NCBI GenBank assembly: GCA_964057225.1
Contig: CAXKVF010000081.1
Location: forward strand, 310,001-374,000
DNA length: 64,000 nucleotides
DNA from: Auanema rhodensis
Lineage: Eukaryota; Animalia; Nematoda
Reading direction: 5' to 3'
The notes under the pieces are model-generated. The model saw only the letters and a list, made by a program, of their open reading frames with translations. It was not told the DNA's origin and did no database searches. Each line of letters starts with the position of its first letter. The stretch's first letter is position 1. Both the position numbers and the translations under genes were made by a program. Of this stretch, positions 12,795 through 28,634 are shown piece after piece.

Positions 12795-15786
12795 TTGAAA
12801 ACCGCATCTCTTTATCTTTCACGTGAAGCGAGTTACATACCAAGTGCACATCACGTGTACATTTAATTAGCATAAATTAAAGTTCACGTAAATTTCAAAG
12901 TCATGGTTACCATGAACCAATATCAATGAAAATTTGTTTTTAGACTAATATGGACATGAAGAATCTAATTTTGAAAACCGCATCTCTTTATCTTTCACGT
13001 GAAGCGAGTTACATACCAAGTGCACATCACGTGTACATTTAATTAGCATAAATTAAAGTTCACGTAAACTTCAAAGTCATGGTTACCATGCACCAATATC
13101 AATAAAAATTTGTTTTTAGACTAATATGGACATGGGGAATCTTATTTTGAAAACCGCATCTCTTTATCTTTCACGTGAAGCGAGTTACATACCAAGTGCA
13201 CATCACGTGTACATTTAATTAGCATAAATTAAAGTTCACGTAAATTTCAAAGTCATGGTTACCATGCACCAATATCATAAAAAAATTGTTTTTAGACTAA
13301 TATGGACATGGGGAATCTAATTTTGAAAACCGCATCTCTTTATCTTTCACGTGAAGCGAGTTACATACCAAGTGCACATCACGTGTACATTTAATTAGCA
13401 TAAATTAAAGTTCACGTAAATTTCAAAGTCATGGTTACCATGCACCAATATCAATAAAAATTTGTTTTTAGACTAATATGGACATGGGGAATCTTATTTT
13501 GAAAACCGCATATCTTTATCTTTCACGTGAAGCGAGTTACATACCAAGTGCACATCACGTGTACATTTAATTAGCATAAATTAAAGTTCACGTAAACTTC
13601 AAAGTCATGGTTACCATGCACCAATATCAATAAAAATTTGTTTTTAGACTAATATGGACATGGGGAATCTTATTTTGAAAACCGCATCTCTTTATCTTTC
13701 ACGTGAAGCGAGTTACATACCAAGTGCACATCACGTGTACATTTAATTAGCATAAATTAAAGTTCACGTAAATTTCAAAGTCATGGTTACCATGCACCAA
13801 TATCAATACAAATTTGTTTTTAGACTAATATGGACATGGGGAATCTAATTTTGAAAACCGCATCTCTTTATCTTTCACGTGAAGCGAGTTACATACCAAG
13901 TGCACATCACGTGTACATTTAATTAGCATAAATTAAAGTTCACGTAAATTTCAAAGTCATGGTTACCATGCACCAATATCAATAAAAATTTGTTTTTAGA
14001 CTAATATGGACATGACGAATCTAATTTTGAAAACCGCATCTCTTTATCTTTCACGTGAAGCGAGTTACATACCAAGTGCACATCACGTGTACATTTAATA
14101 AGCATAAATTAAAGTTCACGTAAATTTCAAAGTCATGGTTACCATGCACCAATATCAATAAAAATTTGTTTTTAGACTAATATGGACATGGGGAATCTAA
14201 TTTTGAAAACCGCATCTCTTTATCTTTCACGTGAAGCGAGTTACATACCAAGTGCACATCACGTGTACATTTAATTAGCATAAATTAAAGTTCACGTAAA
14301 TTTCAAAGTCATGGTTACCATGCACCAATATCATAAAAAAATTGTTTTTAGACTAATATGGACATGGGGAATCTAATTTTGAAAACCGCATCTCTTTATC
14401 TTTCACGTGAAGCGAGTTACATACCAAGTGCACATCACGTGTACATTTAATTAGCATAAATTAAAGTTCACGTAAATTTCAAAGTCATGGTTACCATGCA
14501 CCAATATCAATAAAAATTTGTTTTTAGACTAATATGGACATGGGGAATCTTATTTTGAAAACCGCATATCTTTATCTTTCACGTGAAGCGAGTTACATAC
14601 CAAGTGCACATCACGTGTACATTTAATTAGCATAAATTAAAGTTCACGTAAACTTCAAAGTCATGGTTACCATGCACCAATATCAATAAAAATTTGTTTT
14701 TAGACTAATATGGACATGGGGAATCTTATTTTGAAAACCGCATCTCTTTATCTTTCACGTGAAGCGAGTTACATACCAAGTGCACATCACGTGTACATTT
14801 AATTAGCATAAATTAAAGTTCACGTAAATTTCAAAGTCATGGTTACCATGCACCAATATCAATACAAATTTGTTTTTAGACTAATATGGACATGGGGAAT
14901 CTAATTTTGAAAACCGCATCTCTTTATCTTTCACGTGAAGCGAGTTACATACCAAGTGCACATCACGTGTACATTTAATTAGCATAAATTAAAGTTCACG
15001 TAAATTTCAAAGTCATGGTTACCATGCACCAATATCAATAAAAATTTGTTTTTAGACTAATATGGACATGGGGAATCTAATTTTGAAAACCGCATCTCTT
15101 TATCTTTCACGTGAAGCGAGTTACATACCAAGTGCACATCACGTGTACATTTAATTAGCATAAATTAAAGTTCACGTAAATTTCAAAGTCATGGTTACCA
15201 TGAACCAATATCAATAAAAATTTGTTTTTAGACTAATATGGACATGGGGAATCAAATTTTGAAAACCGCATCTCTTTATCTTTCACGTGAAGCGAGTTAC
15301 ATACCAAGTGCACATCACGTGTACATTTAATTAGCATAAATTAAAGTTCACGTAAATTTCAAAGTCATGGTTACCATGCACCAATATCAATAAAAAATTG
15401 TTTTTAGACTAATATGGACATGGGGAATCTAATTTTGAAAACCGCATCTCTTTATCTTTCACGTGAAGCGAGTTACATACCAAGTGCACATCACGTGTAC
15501 ATTTAATTAGCATAAATTAAAGTTCACGTAAATTTCAAAGTCATGGTTACCATGAACCAATATCAATGAAAATTTGTTTTTAGGCTAATATGGACATGGG
15601 GAATCAAATTTTGAAAACCGCATCTCTTTATCTTTCACGTGAAGCGAGTTACATAACAAGTGCACATCACGTGTACATTTAATTAGCATAAATTAAAGTT
15701 CACGTAAATTTCAAAGTCATGGTTACCATGCACCAATATCAATAAAAATTTGTTTTTAGACTAATATGGAGATGAGGAATCTAATT

Positions 15787-18700
15787 TTGAAAACCGCATC
15801 TCTTTATCTTTCACGTGAAGCGAGTTACATACCAAGTGCACATCACGTGTACATTTAATTAGCATAAATTAAAGTTCACGTAAATTTCAAAGTCATGGTT
15901 ACCATGCACCAATATCAATAAAAATTTGTTTTTAGACTAATATGGACATGGGGAATCTAATTTTGAAAACCGCATCTCTTTATCTTTTACGTGAAGCGAG
16001 TTACATACCAAGTGCACATCACGTGTACATTTAATTAGCATAAATTAAAGTTCACGTAAACTTCAAAGTCATGGTTACCATGCACCAATATCAATAAAAA
16101 TTTGTTTTTAGACTAATATGGACATGGGGAATCTTATTTTGAAAACCGCATCTCTTTATCTTTCACGTGAAGCGAGTTACATACCAAGTGCACATCACGT
16201 GTACATTTAATTAGCATAAATTAAAGTTCACGTAAATTTCAAAGTCATGGTTACCATGCACCAATATCATAAAAAAATTGTTTTTAGACTAATATGGACA
16301 TGGGGAATCTAATTTTGAAAACCGCATCTCTTTATCTTTCACGTGAAGCGAGTTACATACCAAGTGCACATCACGTGTACATTTAATTAGCATAAATTAA
16401 AGTTCACGTAAACTTCAAAGTCATGGTTACCATGCACCAATATCAATAAAAATTTGTTTTTAGACTAATATGGACATGGGGAATCTAATTTTGAAAACCG
16501 CATCTCTTTATCTTTCACGTGAAGCGAGTTACATACCAAGTGCACATCACGTGTACATTTAATTAGCATAAATTAAAGTTCACGTAAATTTCAAAGTCAT
16601 GGTTACCAAGCACCAATATCAATAAAAATTTGTTTTTAGACTAATATGGACATGACGAATCTAATTTTGAAAACCGCATCTCTTTATCTTTCACGTGAAG
16701 CGAGTTACATACCAAGTGCACATCACGTGTACATTTAATTAGCATAAATTAAAGTTCACGTAAATTTCAAAGTCATGGTTACCATGCACCAATATCAATA
16801 AATATTTGTTTTTAGACTAATATGGACATGGGGAATCTAATTTTGAAAACCGCATCTCTTTATCTTTCACGTGAAGCAAGTTACATACCAAGTGCACATC
16901 ACGTGTACATTTAATTAGCATAAATTAAAGTTCACGTAAATTTCAAAGTCATGGTTACCATGAACCAATATCAATAAAAATTTGTTTTTAGACTAATATG
17001 GACATGGGGAATCTAATTTTGAAAACCGCATCTCTTTATCTTTCACGTGAAGCGAGTTACATACCAAGTGCACATCACGTGTACATTTAATAAGCATAAA
17101 TTAAAGTTCACGTAAATTTCAAAGTCATGGTTACCATGAACCAATATCAATGAAAATTTGTTTTTAGACTAATATGGACATGGGGAATCTAATTTTGAAA
17201 ACCGCATCTCTTTATCTTTCACGTGAAGCGAGTTACATACCAAGTGCACATCACGTGTACATTTAATTAGCATAAATTAAAGTTCACGTAAATTTCAAAG
17301 TCATGGTTACCATGCACCAATATCAATAAAAAATTGTTTTTAGACTAATATGGACATGGGGAATCTAATTTTGAAAACCGCATCTCTTTATCTTTCACGT
17401 GAAGCGAGTTACATACCAAGTGCACATCACGTGTACATTTAATTAGCATAAATTAAAGTTCACGTTAATTTCAAAGTCATGGTTACCATGCACCAATATC
17501 AATAAAAATTTGTTTTTAGACTAATATGGACATGGGGAATCTTATTTTGAAAACCGCATCTCTTTATCTTTCACGTGAAGCGAGTTACATACCAAGTGCA
17601 CATCACGTGTACATTTAATTAGCATAAATTAAAGTTCACGTAAATTTCAAAGTCATGGTTACCATGCACCAATATCAATAAAAATTTGTTTTTAGACTAA
17701 TATGTACATGGGGAATCTTATTTTGAAAACCGCATCTCTTTATCTTTCACGTGAAGCGAGTTACATACCAAGTGCACATCACGTGTACATTTAATTAGCA
17801 TAAATTAAAGTTCACGTAAATTTCAAAGTCATGGTTACCATGCACCAATATCAATAAAAATTTGTTTTTAGACTAATATGGACATGAGGAATCTAATTTT
17901 GAAAACCGCATCTCTTTATCTTTCACGTGAAGCGAGTTACATACCAAGTGCACATCACGTGTACATTTAATTAGCATAAATTAAAGTTCACGTAAATTTC
18001 AAAGTCATGGTTACCATGCACCAATATCAATAAAAATTTGTTTTTAGACTAATATGGACATGGGGAATCCAATTTTGAAAACCGCATCTCTTTATCTTTC
18101 ACGTGAAGCGAGTTACATACCAAGTGCACATCACGTGTACATTTAATTAGCATAAATTAAAGTTCACGTAAATTTCAAAGTCATGGTTACCATGCACCAA
18201 TATCAATAAAAATTTGTTTTTAGACTAATATGGACATGGGGAATCTTATTTTGAAAACCGCATATCTTTATCTTTCACGTGAAGCGAGTTACATACCAAG
18301 TGCACATCACGTGTACATTTAATTAGCATAAATTAAAGTTCACGTAAACTTCAAAGTCATGGTTACCATGCACCAATATCAATAAAAATTTGATTTTAGA
18401 CTAATATGGACATGGGGAATCTTATTTTGAAAACCGCATCTCTTTATCTTTCACGTGAAGCGAGTTACATACCAAGTGCACATCACGTGTACATTTAATT
18501 AGCATAAATTAAAGTTCACGTAAATTTCAAAGTCATGGTTACCATGCACCAATATCAATACAAATTTGTTTTTAGACTAATATGGACATGGGGAATCTAA
18601 TTTTGAAAACCGCATCTCTTTATCTTTCACGTGAAGCGAGTTACATACCAAGTGCACATCACGTGTAAATTTAATTAGCATAAATTAAAGTTCACGTAAA

Positions 18701-21242
18701 CTTCAAAGTCATGGTTACCATGCACCAATATCAATAAAAATTTGTTTTTAGACTAATATGGACATGGGGAATCTTATTTTGAAAACCGCATCTCTTTATC
18801 TTTCACGTGAAGCGAGTTACATACCAAGTGCACATCACGTGTACATTTAATTAGCATAAATTAAAGTTCACGTAAATTTCAAAGTCATGGTTACCATGCA
18901 CCAATATCAATACAAATTTGTTTTTAGACTAATATGGACATGGGGAATCTAATTTTGAAAACCGCATCTCTTTATCTTTCACGTGAAGCGAGTTACATAC
19001 CAAGTGCACATCACGTGTACATTTAATTAGCATAAATTAAAGTTCACGTAAATTTCAAAGTCATGGTTACCATGCACCAATATCAATAAAAATTTGTTTT
19101 TAGACTAATATGGACATGGGGAATCTAATTTTGAAAACCGCATCTCTTTATCTTTTACGTGAAGCGAGTTACATACCAAGTGCACATCACGTGTACATTT
19201 AATTAGCATAAATTAAAGTTCACGTAAACTTCAAAGTCATGGTTACCATGCACCAATATCAATAAAAATTTGTTTTTAGACTAATATGGACATGGGGAAT
19301 CTTATTTTGAAAACCGCATCTCTTTATCTTTCACGTGAAGCGAGTTACATACCAAGTGCACATCACGTGTACATTTAATTAGCATAAATTAAAGTTCACG
19401 TAAATTTCAAAGTCATGGTTACCATGCACCAATATCATAAAAAAATTGTTTTTAGACTAATATGGACATGGGGAATCTAATTTTGAAAACCGCATCTCTT
19501 TATCTTTCACGTGAAGCGAGTTACATACCAAGTGCACATCACGTGTACATTTAATTAGCATAAATTAAAGTTCACGTAAACTTCAAAGTCATGGTTACCA
19601 TGCACCAATATCAATAAAAATTTGTTTTTAGACTAATATGGACATGGGGAATCTAATTTTGAAAACCGCATCTCTTTATCTTTCACGTGAAGCGAGTTAC
19701 ATACCAAGTGCACATCACGTGTACATTTAATTAGCATAAATTAAAGTTCACGTAAATTTCAAAGTCATGGTTACCAAGCACCAATATCAATAAAAATTTG
19801 TTTTTAGACTAATATGGACATGACGAATCTAATTTTGAAAACCGCATCTCTTTATCTTTCACGTGAAGCGAGTTACATACCAAGTGCACATCACGTGTAC
19901 ATTTAATTAGCATAAATTAAAGTTCACGTAAATTTCAAAGTCATGGTTACCATGCACCAATATCAATAAATATTTGTTTTTAGACTAATATGGACATGGG
20001 GAATCTAATTTTGAAAACCGCATCTCTTTATCTTTCACGTGAAGCAAGTTACATACCAAGTGCACATCACGTGTACATTTAATTAGCATAAATTAAAGTT
20101 CACGTAAATTTCAAAGTCATGGTTACCATGAACCAATATCAATAAAAATTTGTTTTTAGACTAATATGGACATGGGGAATCTAATTTTGAAAATCGCATC
20201 TCTTTATCTTTCACGTGAAGCGAGTTACATACCAAGTGCACATCACGTGTACATTTAATTAGCATAAATTAAAGTTCACGTAAATTTCAAAGACATGGTT
20301 ACCATGAACCAATATCAATGAAAATTTGTTTTTAGACTAATATGGACATGGGGAATCTAATTTTGAAAACCGCATCTCTTTATCTTTCACGTGAAGCGAG
20401 TTACATACCAAGTGCACATCACGTGTACATTTAATTAGCATAAATTAAAGTTCACGTAAATTTCAAAGTCATGGTTACCATGCACCAATATCAATAAAAA
20501 ATTGTTTTTAGACTAATATGGACATGGGGAATCTAATTTTGAAAACCGCATCTCTTTATCTTTCACGTGAAGCGAGTTACATACCAAGTGCACATCACGT
20601 GTACATTTAATTAGCATAAATTAAAGTTCACGTTAATTTCAAAGTCATGGTTACCATGCACCAATATCAATAAAAATTTGTTTTTAGACTAATATGGACA
20701 TGGGGAATCTTATTTTGAAAACCGCATCTCTTTATCTTTCACGTGAAGCGAGTTACATACCAAGTGCACATCACGTGTACATTTAATTAGCATAAATTAA
20801 AGTTCACGTAAATTTCAAAGTCATGGTTACCATGCACCAATATCAATAAAAATTTGTTTTTAGACTAATATGTACATGGGGAATCTTGTTTTGAAAACCG
20901 CATCTCTTTATCTTTCACGTGAAGCGAGTTACATACCAAGTGCACATCACGTGTACATTTAATTAGCATAAATTAAAGTTCACGTAAATTTCAAAGTCAT
21001 GGTTACCATGCACCAATATCAATAAAAATTTGTTTTTAGACTAATATGGACATGAGGAATCTAATTTTGAAAACCGCATCTCTTTATCTTTCACGTGAAG
21101 CGAGTTACATACCAAGTGCACATCACGTGTACATTTAATTAGCATAAATTAAAGTTCACGTAAATTTCAAAGTCATGGTTACCATGCACCAATATCAATA
21201 AAAATTTGTTTTTAGACTAATATGGACATGGGGAATCCAATT
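15787..21242 (+). repeat. Higher-order duplication, 15787-18074 repeated at 18955-21242 (18-monomer offset)
   Basis: Rare alleles paired at offset 3168: 15988/19156, 16609/19777, 16878/20046, 17705/20873, 18070/21238. Confidence 0.9.
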
Positions 21243-24200
21243 TTGAAAACCGCATCTCTTTATCTTTCACGTGAAGCGAGTTACATACCAAGTGCACATC
21301 ACGTGTACATTTAATTAGCATAAATTAAAGTTCACGTAAATTTCAAAGTCATGGTTACCATAAACCAATATCAATAAAAATTTGTTTTTAGACTAATATG
21401 GACATGGGGAATCTAATTTTAAAAACCGCATCTCTTTATCTTTCACGTGAAGCGAGTTACATACCAAGTGCACATCACGTGTACATTTAATAAGCATAAA
21501 TTAAAGTTCACGTAAATTTCAAAGTCATGGTTACCATGCACCAATATCAATAAAAATTTGTTTTTAGACTAATATGGACATGGGGAATCTAATTTTGAAA
21601 ACCGCATCTCTTTATCTTTCACGTGAAGCGAGTTACATACCAAGTGCACATCACGTGTACATTTAATTAGCATAAATTAAAGTTCACGTAAATTTCAAAG
21701 TCATGGTTACCATGAACCAATATCAATAAAAATTTGTTTTTAGACTAATATGAACATGGGGAATCTAATTCTGAAAACCGCATCTCTTTATCTTTCACGT
21801 GAAGCGAGTTACATACCAAGTGCACATCACGTGTACATTTAATTAGCATAAATTAAAGTTCACGTAAATTTCAAAGTCATGGTTACCATGCACCAATATC
21901 AATAAAAATTTGTTTTTAGACTAATATGGACATGGGGAATCTAATTTTGAAAACCGCATCTCTTTATCTTTCACGTGAAGCGAGTTACATACCAAGTGCA
22001 CATCACGTGTACATTTAATTAGCATAAATTAAAGTTCACGTAAATTTCAAAGTCATGGTTACCATGAACCAATATCAATAAAAATTTGTTTTTAGACTAA
22101 TATGGACATGGGGAATCTAATTTTGAAAACCGCATCTCTTTATCTTTCACGTGAAGCGAGTTACATACCAAGTGCACATCACGTGTACATTCAATTAGCA
22201 TAAATTAAAGTTCACGTAAAATTCAAAGTCATGGTTACCATGCACCAATATCAATAAAAATTTGTTTTTAGACTAATATGGACATGGGGAATCTAATTTT
22301 GAAAACCGCATCTCTTTATCTTTCACGTGAAGCGAGTTACATACCAAGTGCACATCACGTGTACATTTAATTAGCATAAATTAAAGTTCACGTGAATTTC
22401 AAAGTCATGGTTACCATGCACCAACATCAATAAAAATTTGTTTTTAGACTAATATGGACATGGGGAATCTAATTTTGAAAACCGCATCTCTTTATCTTTC
22501 ACGTGAAGCGAGTTACATACCAAGTGCACATCACGTGTACATTTAATTAGCATAAATTAAAGTTCACGTAAATTTCAAAGTCATGGTTACCATGAACCAA
22601 TATCAATGAAAATTTGTTTTTAGACTAATATGGACATGGGGAATCTAATTTTGAAAACCGCATCTCTTTATCTTTCACGTGAAGCGAGTTACATACCAAG
22701 TGCACATCACGTGTACATTTAATTAGCATAAATTAAAGTTCACGTAAATTTCAAAGTCATGGTTACCATAAACCAATATCAATAAAAATTTGTTTTTAGA
22801 CTAATATGGACATGGGGAATCTAATTTTAAAAACCGCATCTCTTTATCTTTCACGTGAAGCGAGTTACATACCAAGTGCACATCACGTGTACATTTAATA
22901 AGCATAAATTAAAGTTCACGTAAATTTCAAAGTCATGGTTACCATGCACCAATATCAATAAAAATTTGTTTTTAGACTAATATGGACATGGGGAATCTAA
23001 TTTTGAAAACCGCATCTCTTTATCTTTCACGTGAAGCGAGTTACATACCAAGCGCACATCACGTGTACATTTAATTAGCATAAATTAAAGTTCACGTAAA
23101 TTTCAAAGTCATGGTTACCATGCACCAATATCAATAAAAATTTGTTTTTAGACTAATATGGACATGGGGAATCTAATTTTGAAAACCGCATCTCTTTATC
23201 TTTCACGTGAAGCGAGTTACATACCAAGTGCACATCACGTGTACATTTAATTAGCATAAATTAAAGTTCACGTAAATTTCAAAGTCATGGTTACCATGCA
23301 CCAATATCAATAAAAATTTGTTTTTAGACTAATATGAACATGGGGAATCTAATTCTGAAAACCGCATCTCTTTATCTTTCACGTGAAGCGAGTTACATAC
23401 CAAGTGCACATCACGTGTACATTTAATTAGCATAAATTAAAGTTCACGTAAATTTCAAAGTCATGGTTACCATAAACCAATATCAATAAAAATTTGTTTT
23501 TAGACTAATATGGACATGGGGAATCTAATTTTAAAAACCGCATCTCTTTATCTTTCACGTGAAGCGAGTTACATACCAAGTGCACATCACGTGTACATTT
23601 AATAAGCATAAATTAAAGTTCACGTAAATTTCAAAGTCATGGTTACCATGCACCAATATCAATAAAAATTTGTTTTTAGACTAATATGGACATGGGGAAT
23701 CTAATTTTGAAAACCGCATCTCTTTATCTTTCACGTGAAGCGAGTTACATACCAAGCGCACATCACGTGTACATTTAATTAGCATAAATTAAAGTTCACG
23801 TAAATTTCAAAGTCATGGTTACCATGCACCAATATCAATAAAAATTTGTTTTTAGACTAATATGGACATGGGGAATCTAATTTTGAAAACCGCATCTCTT
23901 TATCTTTCACGTGAAGCGAGTTACATACCAAGTGCACATCACGTGTACATTTAATTAGCATAAATTAAAGTTCACGTAAATTTCAAAGTCATGGTTACCA
24001 TGCACCAATATCAATAAAAATTTGTTTTTAGACTAATATGAACATGGGGAATCTAATTCTGAAAACCGCATCTCTTTATCTTTCACGTGAAGCGAGTTAC
24101 ATACCAAGTGCACATCACGTGTACATTTAATTAGCATAAATTAAAGTTCACGTAAATTTCAAAGTCATGGTTACCATAAACCAATATCAATAAAAATTTG

Positions 24201-27200
24201 TTTTTAGACTAATATGGACATGGGGAATCTAATTTTAAAAACCGCATCTCTTTATCTTTCACGTGAAGCGAGTTACATACCAAGTGCACATCACGTGTAC
24301 ATTTAATAAGCATAAATTAAAGTTCACGTAAATTTCAAAGTCATGGTTACCATGCACCAATATCAATAAAAATTTGTTTTTAGACTAATATGGACATGGG
24401 GAATCTAATTTTGAAAACCTCATCTCTTTATCTTTCACGTGAAGCGAGTTACATACCAAGTGCACATCACGTGTACATTTAATTAGCATAAATTAAAGTT
24501 CACGTAAATTTCAAAGTCATGGTTACCATAAACCAATATCAATAAAAATTTGTTTTTAGACTAATATGGACATGGGGAATCTAATTTTAAAAACCGCATC
24601 TCTTTATCTTTCACGTGAAGCGAGTTACATACCAAGTGCACATCACGTGTACATTTAATAAGCATAAATTAAAGTTCACGTAAATTTCAAAGTCATGGTT
24701 ACCATGCACCAATATCAATAAAAATTTGTTTTTAGACTAATATGAACATGGGGAATCTAATTCTGAAAACCGCATCTCTTTATCTTTCACGTGAAGCGAG
24801 TTACATACCAAGTGCACATCACGTGTACATTTAATTAGCATAAATTAAAGTTCACGTAAATTTCAAAGTCATGGTTACCATGAACCAATATCAATAAAAA
24901 TTTGTTTTTAGACTAATATGGACATGGGGAATCTAATTTTGAAAACCGCATCTCTTTATCTTTCACGTGAAGCGAGTTACATACCAAGTGCACATCACGT
25001 GTACATTCAATTAGCATAAATTAAAGTTCACGTAAAATTCAAAGTCATGGTTACCATGCACCAATATCAATAAAAATTTGTTTTTAGACTAATATGGACA
25101 TGGGGAATCTAATTTTGAAAACCGCATCTCTTTATCTTTCACGTGAAGCGAGTTACATACCAAGTGCACATCACGTGTACATTTAATTAGCATAAATTAA
25201 AGTTCACGTAAATTTCAAAGTCATGGTTACCATGCACCAACATCAATAAAAATTTGTTTTTAGACTAATATGGACATGGGGAATCTAATTTTGAAAACCG
25301 CATCTCTTTATCTTTCACGTGAAGCGAGTTACATACCAAGTGCACATCACGTGTACATTTAATTAGCATAAATTAAAGTTCACGTAAATTTCAAAGTCAT
25401 GGTTACCATGAACCAATATCAATGAAAATTTGTTTTTAGACTAATATGGACATGGGGAATCTAATTTTGAAAACCGCATCTCTTTATCTTTCACGTGAAG
25501 CGAGTTACGTACCAAGTGCACATCACGTGTACATTTAATTAGCATAAATTAAAGTTCACGTAAATTTCAAAGTCATGGTTACCATAAACCAATATCAATA
25601 AAAATTTGTTTTTAGACTAATATGGACATGGGGAATCTAATTTTAAAAACCGCATCTCTTTATCTTTCACGTGAAGCGAGTTACATACCAAGTGCACATC
25701 ACGTGTACATTTAATTAGCATAAATTAAAGTTCACGTAAATTTCAAAGTCATGGTTACCATGCACCAATATCAATAAAAATTTGTTTTTAGACTAATATG
25801 GACATGGGGAATCTAATTTTGAAAACCGCATCTCTTTATCTTTCACGTGAAGCGAGTTACATACCAAGTGCACATCACGTGTACATTTAATTAGCATAAA
25901 TTAAAGTTCACGTAAATTTCAAAGTCATGGTTACCATGCACCAATATCAATAAAAATTTGTTTTTAGACTAATATGGACATGGGGAATCTAATTTTGAAA
26001 ACCGCATCTCTTTATCTTTCACGTGAAGCGAGTTACATACCAAGTGCACATCACGTGTACATTTAATAAGCATAAATTAAAGTTCACGTAAATTTCAAAG
26101 TCATGGTTACCATAAACCAATATCAATAAAAATTTGTTTTTAGACTAATATGGACATGGGGAATCTAATTTTAAAAACCGCATCTCTTTATCTTTCACGT
26201 GAAGCGAGTTACATACCAAGTGCACATCACGTGTACATTTAATAAGCATAAATTAAAGTTCACGTAAATTTCAAAGTCATGGTTACCATGCACCAATATC
26301 AATAAAAATTTGTTTTTAGACTAATTTGGACATGGGGAATCTAATTTTGAAAACCGCATCTCTTTATCTTTCACGTGAAGCGAGTTACATACCAAGCGCA
26401 CATCACGTGTACATTTAATTAGCATAAATTAAAGTTCACGTAAATTTCAAAGTCATGGTTACCATGCACCAATATCAATAAAAATTTGTTTTTAGACTAA
26501 TATGGACATGGGGAATCTAATTTTGAAAACCGCATCTCTTTATCTTTCACGTGAAGCGAGTTACATACCAAGTGCACATCACGTGTACATTTAATTAGCA
26601 TAAATTAAAGTTCACGTAAATTTCAAAGTCATGGTTACCATGCACCAATATCAATAAAAATTTGTTTTTAGACTAATATGGACATGGGGAATCTAATTTT
26701 GAAAACCGCATCTCTTTATCTTTCACGAGAAGCGAGTTACATACCAAGTGCACATCACGTGTACATTTAATTAGCATAAATTAAAGTTCACGTAAATTTC
26801 AAAGTCATGGTTACCATGCACCAATATCAATAAAAATTTGTTTTTAGACTAATATGGACATGGAGAATCTAATTTTGAAAACCGCATCTCTTTATCTTTC
26901 ACGTGAAGCGAGTTACATACCAAGTGCACATCACGTGTACATTTAATTAGCATAAATTAAAGTTCACGTAAATTTCAAAGTCATGGTTACCATGCACCAA
27001 TATCAATAAAAATTTGTTTTTAGACTAATATGAACATGGGGAATCTAATTCTGAAAACCGCATCTCTTTATCTTTCACGTGAAGCGAGTTACATACCAAG
27101 TGCACATCACGTGTACATTTAATTAGCATAAATTAAAGTTCACGTAAATTTCAAAGTCATGGTTACCATGAACCAATATCAATAAAAGTTTGTTTTTAGA

Positions 27201-28634
27201 CTAATATGGACATGAGGAATCAAATTTTGAAAACCGCATCTCTTTATCTTTCACGTGAAGCGAGTTACATACCGAGTGCACATCACGTGTACATTTAATT
27301 AGCATAAATTAAAGTTCACGTAAATTTCAAAGTCATGGTTACCATGCACCAATATCAATAAAAATTTGTTTTTAGACTAATATGGACATGGGGAATCTAA
27401 TTTTGGAAACCGCATCTCTTTATCTTTCACGTGAAGCGAGTTACATACCAAGTGCACATCACGTGTACATTTAATTAGCATAAATTAAAGTTCACGTAAA
27501 TTTCAAAGTCATGGTTACCATGAACCAATATCAATGAAAATTTGTTTTTAGACTAATATGGACATGGGGAATCAAATTTTGAAAACCGCATCTCTTTATC
27601 TTTCACGTGAAGCGAGTTACATACCAAGTGCACATCACGTGTACATTTAATTAGCATAAATTAAAGTTCACGTAAATTTCAAAGTCATGGTTACCATGCA
27701 CCAATATCAATAAAAATTTGTTTTTAGACTAATATGGACATGGGGAATCTTATTTTGAAAACCGCATCTCTTTATCTTTCACGTGAAGCGAGTTACATAC
27801 CAAGTGCACATCACGTGTACATTTAATTAGCATAAATTAAAGTTCACGTAAATTTCAAAGTCATGGTTACCATGCACCAATATCAATAAAAATCTGTTTT
27901 TAGACTAATATGGACATGGGAAATCTAATTTTGAAAACCGCATCTCTTTATCTTTCACGTGAAGCGAGTTACATACCAAGTGCACATCACGTGTACATTT
28001 AATTAGCATAAATTAAAGTTCACGTAAATTTCAAAGTCATGGTTACCATGCACCAATATCAATAAAAATTTGTTTTTAGACTAATATGAACATGGGGAAT
28101 CTAATTCTGAAAACCGCATCTCTTTATCTTTCACGTGAAGCGAGTTACATACCAAGTGCACATCACGTGTACATTTAATTAGCATAAATTAAAGTTCACG
28201 TAAATTTCAAAGTCATGGTTACCATGAACCAATATCAATAAAAGTTTGTTTTTAGACTAATATGGACATGGGGAATCAAATTTTGAAAACCGCATCTCTT
28301 TATCTTTCACGTGAAGCGAGTTACATACCAAGTGCACATCACGTGTACATTTAATTAGCATAAATTAAAGTTCACGTAAATTTCAAAGTCATGGTTACCA
28401 TGCACCAATATCAATAAAAATTTGTTTTTAGACTAATATGGACATGGGGAATCTAATTTTGAAAACCGCATCTCTTTATCTTTCACGTGAAGCGAGTTAC
28501 ATACCAAGTGCACATCACGTGTACATTTAATTAGCATAAATTAAAGTTCACGTAAATTTCAAAGTCATGGTTACCATGAACCAATATCAATGAAAATTTG
28601 TTTTTAGACTAATATGGACATGGGGAATCAAATT